DNA of 64,000 nt from Azolla caroliniana (taxonomy: Eukaryota > Plantae > Polypodiophyta). Made by a program: the position numbers and the translations under genes. Below are positions 10,566 through 21,794 of the stretch, piece by piece. Position 1 is the stretch's first letter. The number at the start of each line of letters is the position of its first letter. Below the pieces are notes generated by a model. That model saw only the letters and a list, made by a program, of their open reading frames with translations. It was not told the DNA's origin and ran no database searches. The DNA lies in contig JBHGNT010000009.1 of the NCBI GenBank assembly GCA_043228905.1, positions 13,268,001 to 13,332,000 of the forward strand. The letters are read 5' to 3'.

Positions 10566-13500
10566 TATAAAAACAAATAGCGTGCGGAAGCAATAAGAAA
10601 CAGAAAACAGAGAACAAGTTTAACGAAGAGCTTAACAGTACGCGGGAGAGATAGAGAGAGCAAGAATCTCTATTCCAAAAATTATATCAATGCTCTGTAC
10701 ATCATATGTGTTCAACGAACACTTTTATACAAGTCCATATGGATTGACAGAACTACGGTGTACTTCAATGCTCACTCAGGCGTCTGATACTAACTACAAG
10801 AGTAATAACTCCCTAGTAGTCTAGCTCCTACTAAGCTTCCAGTTACTGATGGATCCGGCTAACCTGCTCCCCAACTCACCGGCTCTTTTGCTCATCGAGT
10901 GCTCACCGGCTCACCGATCTGTCTCACTCACCGGCTCAGGCTTATCTAGCTGATCCGGCTCCAATTGAGCTTGCTCGTGCTCCTCGTCCAGTCCGGTTCT
11001 GTTTGCCGCGACCCCTCTTGTTCTGCGCACCTCGACCTCCTCGGTCGGCTTGTTTGCTCAACAGGCCCAATTCAGCTCCCTCGTTGTTGTGACTTCGGCG
11101 CGTGCCGGTTCGCCAATTCCTTCGTGTTGGCGTCCACTTTCGCTGCCTTCTCGTCCTCTTGGCCTTGAATTGATCCGGTTCTTCTGAATTTGTTTGTTGA
11201 ACCAAATCGACTGTCTCCGATTCATTCCAGCTCTTGTCCGAATCGGTTGCTCCCGATTCGTCTTCTGGTTCCAGGCCCTTCACCACATCGGACCATGTCC
11301 AAGTCTTCGCCTTCTTCTTCCAGTCGGCTCTGTCCTTCTTGACTCTGCCCCCGCTGCCGCTTGTTCCGACTTGTTTGGATGTGTCGACTTCCTTTGTTGA
11401 CTCGGCTCCTTTCTTCTTCATGACTCTCCCTTCGTCGGTTCTTCCCTCACCGGCGCAATCGGCAATCTCTTTGCCTTTGCCCGTTCTGGTGACTTTGCTC
11501 GTTCTCCCCCTCAAGTGTGGCACGTCGAGATCTTGAACACCAAGCATTTTGGTGAAGTGCTACAACTTGTCTGATCCAAGTGGTTTGGTGAAGATGTCGG
11601 CAACTTGCCGATCCGTGTGAACATACACCGAAGTTTGACCTCACCGCTCAGGACATGCTCACGCACGAAGTGATAGTGCACTTCTATGTGCTTTGTGCGA
11701 GCATGGAATACGGGGTTCTTGGCGAGCTGCATGCTGCTTATGTTGTCACAGTAGATCAGAATCGAGGTCGGTACCTTGATCCGTAGGTCTTGCAGTAGTC
11801 GCCGAAGCCAAATGGCTTCACAGGTGGCAATGGTAGCGCCCCGATACTCAGCCTCAGTGCTCGACAAAGCAACTGTTGGCTGCTTTTTGCTGCTCCACGC
11901 AACAGCCGCGCTACCTAGGGAAAACATGTAACCGGAGGTTGATCGGGGATTTAAGGCATCGTCGGCCCAGTCGGCATCTGTGTAACTGACCAGCACTTCG
12001 GTTATACCGCGCCGGTATAACAGGCCCTGGTCCTTCGTGCCACTCACATACCACAGTATTCGGTGCGCACACTGAAGTGCTCTACGGTCGGTTTTTGCAT
12101 GAATTGGCTAATCACACCGACCGAATAGCTGATGTCGGGTCGGGTGATGGTCAAATATATAAGGCTTCCGACAATTTTTCCGAACCGTTTCTCATCGCAG
12201 GTCAGTCTGAAGTCGGGACGGAGCTTCTGGTTCCGGTCCAGGTGAGTAGAGATAGGCCGGCATTCCATCATGCCCAACTTGTACAACATATTCAACACAT
12301 AGTGCCTTTGTGAGAGCAATATGTCGTTGAGGGTTCGGATCAACTCGATCCCAAGGAAATAGTGAAGGTCCCCTAGGTCCTTCATCTCAAACGCATCCGA
12401 CAACTGGGACTTGACTCAGCTGATTTCATCGAGTCCAGGTCCAGTGATGACCAGATCATCAACGTACACCAAGATGCAAACCAGACCGTCCGGACCTTGC
12501 CGGATGAAAAACGAAGAGTCGGACTTGGAGGCCGCAGACCCCATCTTACGCAACCAGTGCGTGATCTTCGCAATCCAAGCTCGGGGGGCTTGCTTCAGGC
12601 CATAAAGTGACTTCTTCTCTGTCTGGAAACCAGGGGTTTGTATCATAAAGACCTCTTCTTCAAGATCTCCTTGAAGAAATGCATTCTTCACATCCATCTG
12701 GTGAAAATGCCACCCCATTACCGCAACAACCACCAGTACCACACGAACCGTCGTCATCTTCGCTACTGGAGCGAAGCTCTCGTCATAGTCGATTCCGTGG
12801 GTCTGTGCGTATCCCTTCGGTACTAACCGGGCCTTGTACCGGTTAACTGAACCATCGGCATTGTACTTTACCTTGTACACCCACTTGCATCCGATTGGTT
12901 TATTGTGACGGGGAGGGTCAACCAGGTCCCATGTATCGTTGGCATCAAGTGTCTGCATCTCTTCTTCAATAGTGGCACGCCAATGTTCATCCTTTGCCAC
13001 TTCTGCGTAGCTCTCCGGCTCACGCACTTCCGCCACCTTGGTCATGTACGCATAGTGATGCGCCATGTACTCATTGTACCCGTACCGCTTAACAGGTTCC
13101 TTTTGGCGGGTTGACCGGCGTAACCCACCGTTACCTGGTTTGAGGCCCTTCTTGGCCGGTTCGGTCTTCAGTGCCGAAGAACCGTCATTTTCCTTTCCGG
13201 AGTCGGATCCGCTCTGATCCGACTCATCATTACCGGTTTCATAATCCGACATCTTCTTCTTCCCCTTCTCTTTGCGCGTGAACCGTCTCCTCAGTTCCTT
13301 GCGCGGGGAAAGCACGGCAGAGTCTTCACTACTCGCCGGTTCTTCTTCTGACTGGTCGGATTGACCCAGTCTCTCGTACAACCCACTCAACCGAAACAAT
13401 TCCGGACTCTCTTCTTCAGTCCCAGACCGGAGTCATCATCTTCTATTTGGACCGGTTCAGGCTCACTAGCCTCATCCTCCGGTATTGGGTTGGGGTCAGA

Positions 13501-15622
13501 AGTCGGAGCTGGTAAGGCATACCATGATGCCGTCTCATCAAACTCAACATCGCGGCTAACTCGGACCTGCTTCGTCCGGGGGTTATAACACTTATACCCC
13601 TTTTGCTCATGTGAGTAGCCGATGAGGATGCACTTCTCTGATTTTGCATCCAGCTTACTCCGCTTCTCCTATTCGGTAATTGACATGGTCGATCCGCTTG
13701 TGCCATAGGTCGATGTCCGATTCGACCTACTGTCCTTTGGAGAACAAGGCGGCGCCGACGTCATTGGTGTCGAGGATGAACATCCTTCCATCTCTGCACC
13801 CTTGCGCAATAATCTGGCCCTCCTCCTCGATGAAGCACCCAGGGTGTGTAAACCGCACTTGCATTCCCTGGTCGACGATCTGTCCGACCGACACTGGGTT
13901 CTTCGTGATAGTCGGAATGTGTAATACGTTCATCAGCTTCCCCCTCTGTCCGACATGGCTCAAGGGAACTTCTTCGACATGCACGATTGGGTGAGGAGTC
14001 TCATCTCCGGTTTAAACAACTCCCGGTTGTTCCGGTTTCTCCAAGAAGGAGAACCACTCTTTGTGGCTCGTCATGTGATTTGATGCACCGGAATCAACGT
14101 ACCACACTTCCTCCGATTTGGAAGTGGTCTTCTTCATCGAGTTTGCCTCGTGCTTCATCACCAAGGCTAGCCCATTACTGGTCTTCCCGGTTCCAGATCG
14201 TCTCTATCCTTGTGCGTAGTACGAGCTTTGTCAGTTCTCCCGACCAGTTTTGTCGGATCCAGATCTGTCCGAATCGGCGCGCTTCTTCCAGCACTCGCTT
14301 TCTCTGTGGCCCTTTTTGCCACAATACCAGCATTTCGTGGCGGATTTGTCTTGCCGGCCTCCGGCACCACCTTGACTCCCCCTGCTTGTGGAAGTCCTTG
14401 AACTGTTGTCGGCACGGTCTCTGTGCCGTCGGTCTTGCCCTTGTCGGCCACCTCCATTGCGTGCCGACCCGCCTCGTCTACCATGCCCACGGGGCCAATC
14501 CACCTCCGTGTACAACATCCAGCTGTCGGTGGGTGCACTTGTTGACGCACCGGCGTGGTTCTCCTCTACAAGGACCATCGACTGTAAGTCAAAAAATGAC
14601 GGCGTATTCTCCCTCGTACATACTGTTGTCCGGAAAGCTCAGAACTTAGATGCCAGGCCGCCAAGACAGACCTGTACCATCTCGTCTTCCTCTACAACGA
14701 CATTGATAGAGGCAAGCGAGTCACAGATCTCTTTGATTCGGGTCATGTAATCAGCCACCGACATGTCCTTCTGTCGGACATTGCTCAACTCCTGTCGGAG
14801 TTGCAGCTTCCGGGCTGTGGTGCTTGCGGCGAACACCTTTTTCAGGTTTCCCCAAGCCTCTTTCGGTGTCTTGGCATCTCGGACGTGGCTCAGCAGCTGG
14901 TCTCCGACACTGGATGCAAAGCAGTACATCACTCTACTTGCCGATTGTTCCCACACTGGAAAGTCCTTGTGTGCCGCATCAGGTGTTGTGTCGTTAGCTC
15001 TGTCGACATAGCTCCAGTAACCATGCCTAAGCAAGTATTGGTGCATCTTGTATGACCAAGATGCGTAGTTGGATCTGTCGAGCTTCTCCACCGGAAGCAA
15101 GCTAGCCATTCCTCTATCCATTGTTTTTTTTTTTCTTCTGTTCTTTACAAAGGTTAGGTTTTCTTCTTGCGAAAGCGAATGTCGGCTGCAGAGGTTCTCA
15201 ACCCTCGCGCTCTGATACCATGTAAAAACAAATAGCGTGCGGAAGCAATAAGAAACAGAAAACAGAGAACAGGTTTAATGGAGAGCTTAACAATACGCGG
15301 GAGAGACAGAGAGAGCAAGAATCTCTATTCCAAAAATTATATCAACGCTCTGTACATCGTATGTGTTCAGCGAACACTTTTATACAAGTCCATACGGACT
15401 AATAGAAGTACGGTGTACTTCAATGCTCACTCGAGCGTTTGACACTAACTACGAGAGTAATAACTCCCTAGTAGTCTAGCTGCTACTAGGCTTCTGGTTA
15501 CTGATGGATCCGGCTAACCGGCTCTTTTGCTCACCGGGTGCTCACCCGCTCACCGATCTGTCTCGCTCACCGGCTCAGGCTTATCCAATCGATCTGGCTC
15601 CAATTGAGCTTGCCGCTCAACA
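10566..15622 (-). mobile_element. Ty1/Copia element E nested in D (integrase core deleted)
   Basis: TSD AGAAC at 10561-10565 and 15623-15627; 5' LTR 15221-15622; PBS TGGTATCAGAGC at 15220-15209; 3' LTR 10566 to about 10975; gag 14639..15121, RT 12416..13399 (YVDD), RH 11511..12047; jumps from LWHKRIDHVN to KLDAKSEKC near 13680. Confidence 0.95.
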
Positions 15623-17323
15623 AGAACCCTGTAAGTCGATTCAGCTACAATGATTATATGGCGTACCATTACGCCTTTATGATGAAGGTAGCAACAGTAC
15701 GGGAGCTGGAAACCTTTTCCAAAGCCACGAAGGACCCACGATGGATCGAGGCAATGAACGAGGAGATGTGTGCACTACGCAAGAATGAGACATGGGATCT
15801 CGTTCCCCACTCACCGCACAAGAAGGCAATTGGCTGTAGATGGATCTACAAGGTGAAGTATAATGCCGACAGCTCCGTAAACCATTACAAAGCTCGACTC
15901 ATAGCGAAAGGATATGCACAAACACGTGGAGTCGACTATGAAGAGACCTTTGCCGCGGTGGCAAAGATGACAACGGTGCGGACCGTGATCGCACTTGCAG
16001 TGGCAAAAGGGTGGCACCTCCACCAAATGGATGTCAAGAACGCCCTTCTTCAAGGCGAATTAGACGAGGAGGTGTACATGGTACAACCACCCGGCTTCGA
16101 ATCGCGCATTCATCCAAAAGCCGTATGCCAACTCATGTAGCCTCTCTACGGCCTCAAGCAAGCACCACGTGCTTGGAATTCGAAGATTACGCAATATCTT
16201 CATCAAATCAGCTTTCGAATGTCAAAATCCGACAACTCCCTCTACGTACGACACGACTCTAGAATCCTAATTATCATCATCCTATACGTGGATGATCTAG
16301 TCATTGGAGGTGAAAGTCTAGTCGACATCAACAAGGTGAAGTCCCTCCTCTCCAACAAATTCGAGATGACGGACATGAAGGAGCTTCATTACTTCCTAGG
16401 CATCGAGGTAATTCGGACTCCAGCCGGCATTATGATCTCCCAACGGCACAACATTCTCAACTTGTTATACAAGTTCTGGATGACTGAGTGCAAATCGGTC
16501 GCTACACCTCTCGATCAAAACCTCAAACTAGATGTTGACTCCGGCACAGACGAGTGCGAGCCAACCCAATATCGTCAACTGATCGGAAGTCTCATCTATC
16601 TCACGATCACTCGACCCGACCTTAGCTATCCAGTCGGACTCCTCAGCCAATTCATGCAAAAACCACACGACATTCACTTGGATTGCGTTAAGCGAGTATT
16701 ACGATACGTGAGCGGCACAATGGATTACGGCGTTCTCTACGCATTGGCCACACCAATACGACTCGAAGGGTAAGGCGAACTGGGCAGGCTACAAAGTTGA
16801 TCGACAATCGACCTCCGGATTTGTCTTCTCACTCGGTAGCGGAGCAATATCTTGTAGTAAGAAGCAGCCTATCATCGCACTTTCGAGTACAGAGGCCGAA
16901 TACAGGGGCGCAGCCGTAGCTGCATGTGAAGTCGTATGGCTCAAGAGGATTTTGAAGGATCTGGATGTCCCCATCAAGGATCTGACTCCCATTTACTACG
17001 ACAATATGAGCAGTATATATCTGGCTCGGAACCCGGTGTTCCACACACGCACAAAGCACATTGAAGTGCACTATCACTTCATTCGAGAGCACGTACAGGC
17101 CAGAGATGTCAAGCTTCAACACATCAACACGAATCTTCAAACGGCCGACATCTTCACCAAAGCCTTAGGAGCCGACAAGCTTCGGCAATTCATGTCAGAC
17201 CTTGGATTGACGATCCCTGACTTGCCAAGCTTGAGGGGGAGTACAAGCGAGAACCGGATACTGTCCGAACCGGGTACAAGCCGAAGAGAACACCGGAGAG
17301 TGTCTGAACCGGATACCAATTGA
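15623..17323 (+). pseudogene. pol: Copia D RT-RNase H, disrupted
   Basis: ORFs 15538..16140 (YKARLIAKGYAQ, QMDVKNA), 16219..16773 (LYVDDL) and 16952..17323 (HTRTKHIEVHYHF). Confidence 0.92.
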
Positions 17324-17372
17324 ATCGGACATAAATCGAAAGGAACCAACCCGAGTTGAGCTTGAGGGGGTG

Positions 17373-17824
17373 TGTTGAGAATCAAGCTCAACATGGCACA
17401 ACGTGTGAACACACCTTTTGAGAATCTATGATTACTCAAAGGTCAAGAATCACACCACTACTCTCTACACATTAACTATGTGTCATAGAATCATATTCTA
17501 TGACACATAACTAATGAGTTACATATTCCCCATGACTATGAGTCTTCACATTCCCCAAGAGAGAGAGTGGTTGTTGTAAAGTTAATGAAGAGAGAGGGTG
17601 ACTCTATATAAAGCACCCTCCTCATACTTCATACTAAGTCGGTTATGACTCCTTGTTATGCTACATTTTGTAATTCTTATTCTACTTGTGAAATATACAC
17701 CTTCTTCTTGAGTATTCCTTTTTCTATCTATCTTGTGTTCTTTCATCTCTCCTCTAATTCCTCTCACACATACACATAGCACACATCTCTTCTGCTACAC
17801 AAGAATCACCATCGATTCTTTACA
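17373..17824 (+). repeat. 3' LTR of Copia D
   Basis: Direct repeat of 7202-7653, preceded by GAGGGGGTG and followed by the TSD. Confidence 0.95.
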
Positions 17825-18924
17825 TGTCCCAATATTCAAGTCACAATTGGGGATGTAGAAATCGAACAACACTTTTTTGTGCAAGATTCGGCTTCCCATT
17901 CAGTGATTCTTGGGCAACCCTACATAACATCATCAAGGATGGAGACTAAGGTGTTCGATAGTGGAGCAACATTCGCTCGGATGAAGAGTCTTGATGGTCA
18001 AAAGTCGGTTCAATTCTTGACAGTGCGAGCTAATCATGAGAGGAACTGAGATAGCCTTGGAGATGAGGCCTCAAATTTTTAACACAGACTATTGAAGAAT
18101 GGGGCAAAGATAGTCCAAGAAAAAGTAAGTCCCCGAAAAGAAGAAAGAATCAAGAAGGAAAACTATATTTAGCACCTAACGGTGTGTGTGGGATGACTAC
18201 ACTCAATGAGAGAGAGAAGTGCCAAGTTCAAAGCTTTGAACATTGGTTAAAAGAACAAGGAATATTAGAAGAAGAAGACAACATATCATGGGTCATTAAG
18301 GAAGCCTCATTTAACGATACAATCGGAGAAATAGAGAGTATCGTGGACTTGAGCCCTCATGAGCAACAGACTACTCATATCAACTCCATCAACATGTATA
18401 CCACCATCAACGAATGCCGACGAGGAGTTATGGAGGAGTTGGTCAAAGTAAATACAAAATATAAAATAGTAGATAAGAAGGTCAAGCCGATAGCTATTCC
18501 TTTACCGGAGGATAGTTGGCAAAGAATGAAGGAAGTTACCAAGGATCCAAGTCACAGAGACCCAAAAGGGATAGGCCATACCTTCACTGACGAATCAAGA
18601 GGGAAACTCCAAGTCGGGAAGGATGACTTCCTTCTCCCCGAAGAACAAGAAAGGTTTCGGATGATGCTTGAGAGACATGGGAAAACCTTCGCCTTCTCTC
18701 CACAAGAAATTGGATGTGCCGACCCGAAGATGATAGAGCCGATGGTGATATTTACGGTGTCGCATGTACCTTGGAACCTCAAGCCAATACCAGTTCCAAG
18801 AGCTCGCATTCCAAAGTTGATTGAGCTTCTAAAGGAATGTTACGACACAGGTCCCTCCGGATGGGAAGGGAGAAGAACAGTGTCGACAGGTCCCTCCGGA
18901 TGGGAAACGGTACGAGGAGCACTC

Positions 18925-19165
18925 GGCTACGGAGAGCCGGATGATACAGGCCCGGTATGAACCGGATGAGGAGTACCCGGCTACGGAGAGCTGGATGATA
19001 CAGGCCCGGTATGAACCGGATGAGGAGTACCCGGCTACGGAGAGCCAGATGATACAAGCCCGGTATGAACCGGATGAGGAGTACCCGGCTACGGAGAGCC
19101 GGATGCCGGATGAGGAGTACCTGGCTACGGAGAGCCGGATGGTGCAGACCCGGTATGAACCGGAG
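18925..19165 (+). repeat. 54-bp tandem array in U3 of the F 5' LTR
   Basis: Unit GGCTACGGAGAGCCGGATGATACAGGCCCGGTATGAACCGGATGAGGAGTACCC x3 plus shorter variants; the 3' LTR (29237-29423) has one unit fewer. Confidence 0.92.
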
Positions 19166-21794
19166 GAAGAGACATATTCGTAAATATGTTTCTGAGAGCC
19201 CATTGTGGCTATATTTGTAAATAGCCGAAAAGTCATATTAGTATAAATATGACTTAGGGCAAAACTAATTATGTGGTTGTTACTTTTCTTGTTGGTGCAA
19301 AAAGAAGAGAGAGCACGTAATAGTGTACAGAGTGAGAGAGAGAGAGAAAGAGGTCGTTGCCTCTGTTGTAACCGCCGCCTGTGGCGAAGATCGTGAGCAC
19401 GAGGTCGTTGCCTTTGTGAACTCACTGTTTTTTTTGTACATTCCAACTTAGTGATAGTTTGCAGCCTGTGGGCTGCCGTGGTTTTTCCCTCTTTGGGTTT
19501 TCCACGTAAACATTCTGTGTACCCTTTTTTTTTTCTCTCCTTTGTGTCGTGTGTTTTTTCGTTTCCTGTTTCCTGTGTATTGAAGAGGCTTGGTTGTGGC
19601 CAAGTGTTGGGTATAAGGAGCGTTGAGTTCCCGACAAGTGGTATCAGAGCGAAATCGACACAGAAAATGGACGAATCATTTGGCGGCATGTTCAAGCTCA
19701 CCGGCTCCAACTATTCAGTATGGAAGTCGAAGATGAGGGACATGCTCGTTGTTAAAGACCTCTGGCTGCCGGTTCAGTTCGGGGACAAGAGACCGGACAA
19801 AATCGACGCCGCGATATGGGAGGTGATGCACATGAAGACAACGGCGTACATACGGTGCTTCATCGACATGAGCCTGTACAACAACTTCAATGAAGAGAGC
19901 AAGGCTCATGAGCTCTGGGAGAAGATCGGCATAATGTTCCAAAACAAAAATGTTGTTAATCAGGTTTCGGTATTCTGGAAGCTAGTAAGACTCCGGTACC
20001 AAGATGGCTCCAGCATGGCGGAGCACATGAATGCCTTCCAGGGGCTGAGCCACCAGGCAACTTCATTGGAAGTACCTCTCGCCGATGAGGTACTTGCGCT
20101 ACTCCTGCTCGGTTCCCTCCTGGATAGCTGGGAGACGTTGGTTGTCACTTTGGGCAACGCCGGGCCGGAAGGAAAGCGGTTATCCCTAGCAAGAGTAAAG
20201 TCGAGCTTGCTAGATGAGGAGGCGCGTCCGAAAGACAAAGATATGAGCTCCGACTCCAAAGCGCTCCTTATCGAATCAGAACGTGGAAGACATAGAAATT
20301 GACTGCATTTCCGTAAAGACAAGGAAACCAACGGTACCGATTTGAAGCAAACCCCGAACCGGAACGGTACAGACCGGAACGGTAAAGAACGGAGGGGGCC
20401 AGACCGGAAGGGAACGACGGCAATCACGGCAAGTGAAGAGGAGTTGATGCTTATCACCGAGGAGTGTGAGATAAACCTTGCCGGCGACGAGATGACCTGG
20501 GTGGTAGACTCCGGAGCATCGTTCCACCTTACCTCGGACCGGAAATGCTTCTCATTCTACTCAGCCGGTGACCACGGCTGTGTCCGGATGGGGAATGAAG
20601 GTACATGCCGGATTATCGGCATAGGAGACGTGTGGCTGTCAACACCAACCGGATGCAAGTTGCTGCTGAAGGATGTCCGACACGTTCCGGAAGTTCGTCT
20701 AAACCTGATATCAGCCGGTCGGCTAGATGATGAAGGCTACACGGGTAGCATCCGGAACGGTGTCATGAAGTTCAGCAAAGGGAGCCTGATTGTGGCTCGG
20801 GCCCGGAAGGTAAGCACATTGTACCTGATGAATGCCCGGTTATGTCCGGAAGAAGTGAACGTGGCATCCGACACTGCCGGTGAGCTGTGGCACAAGAGGT
20901 TGTGTCATATGAGCGAGAAGGGGATGAAGAGGCTTGCAGACGACAACCTCATTCCAGTGAAGAACGTGCACTTAGAGAAGTGCACTGATTGTCTGGCCGG
21001 TAAGCAGAACCGGACCTCCTTCCGACCAAGGCCATCGATGAGACGTAATGCACCATTGGAGTTGGTGCATACGGATGTGTGTCAAGTAGACACGAAGTCA
21101 CATGCCGGAGCGTAGTACTTCGTAACGTTCATAGATGACCACAGCCGGAAGCTGTGGGCCACACCATTGAAGACAAAGGATCAGGTGTTATCCGTCTTCA
21201 AAGAGCTCCACGCGAGAGTGGAAAGAGAAACCGGCCGGAAGCTGAAGGCGGTTCGAGCAGATAACGGAGGAGAGTACCGGGGGCAGTTCGAGGAGTACTG
21301 CCACTCGAAGGGAATCCGGCTCGAATTTACCGTGCCGAAGACGCCGGAACTAAATGGACTGGCCGAGAGGATGAACCGGACCATAATGGAGAGGGTCCGG
21401 AGTATGCTAGCGCATGCAAAACTAACCAAGAAGTTTTGGGCTGAGGCACTGTCGACGGCGACATACGTGATAAATAGATCACCCTGAGTACCCTTGGACG
21501 GAGACACGCCACAGAGAGTGTGGACCGGTAAGGAAGTATCCTACCGGCATCTGAAGGTGTTCGGGTGTCTCGCTTACGTGCATGTAGCTAAGGACCGGAG
21601 AGGTAAGTTAGATCCAAAGACCCGGCCATGCATATTCCTCGGTTACGGTGACGATGAGTTCGGCTACCGAGTGTGGGACCCGATCGACAAGAAGGTATTC
21701 CGGAGTCGAGATATTATCTTCATGGAGGACAAGACGCTCGCCGACTGGGAGTCGGAGAAGAAGATAATGAACTCCGAGTCGACCGGTAAGGATA

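Larger units (their letters stand above)
7202..17824 (+). mobile_element. Ty1/Copia LTR retrotransposon D (full length, degenerate, hosts element E)
   Basis: 452-bp LTRs 7202-7653 and 17373-17824 (TG..CA); TSD TGTCC at 7197-7201 and 17825-17829; PBS TGGTATAAGAGC 7654-7665 (tRNA-iMet, 1 mismatch); PPT before 17373; order gag-PR-INT-RT-RH. Confidence 0.97.

Noticed and set aside
10942-11547. env-like extra ORF in Copia E
   Set aside because: Hydrophilic and charged with no transmembrane segment; it is the frameshifted continuation of the RNase H C-terminus.
18925-19165. Regular repeats resembling a CRISPR array, or a repeat protein (MIQARYEPDEEYPATES)n
   Set aside because: Head-to-tail 54-bp units without unique spacers, inside both LTRs of Copia F; no cas genes; eukaryotic context.
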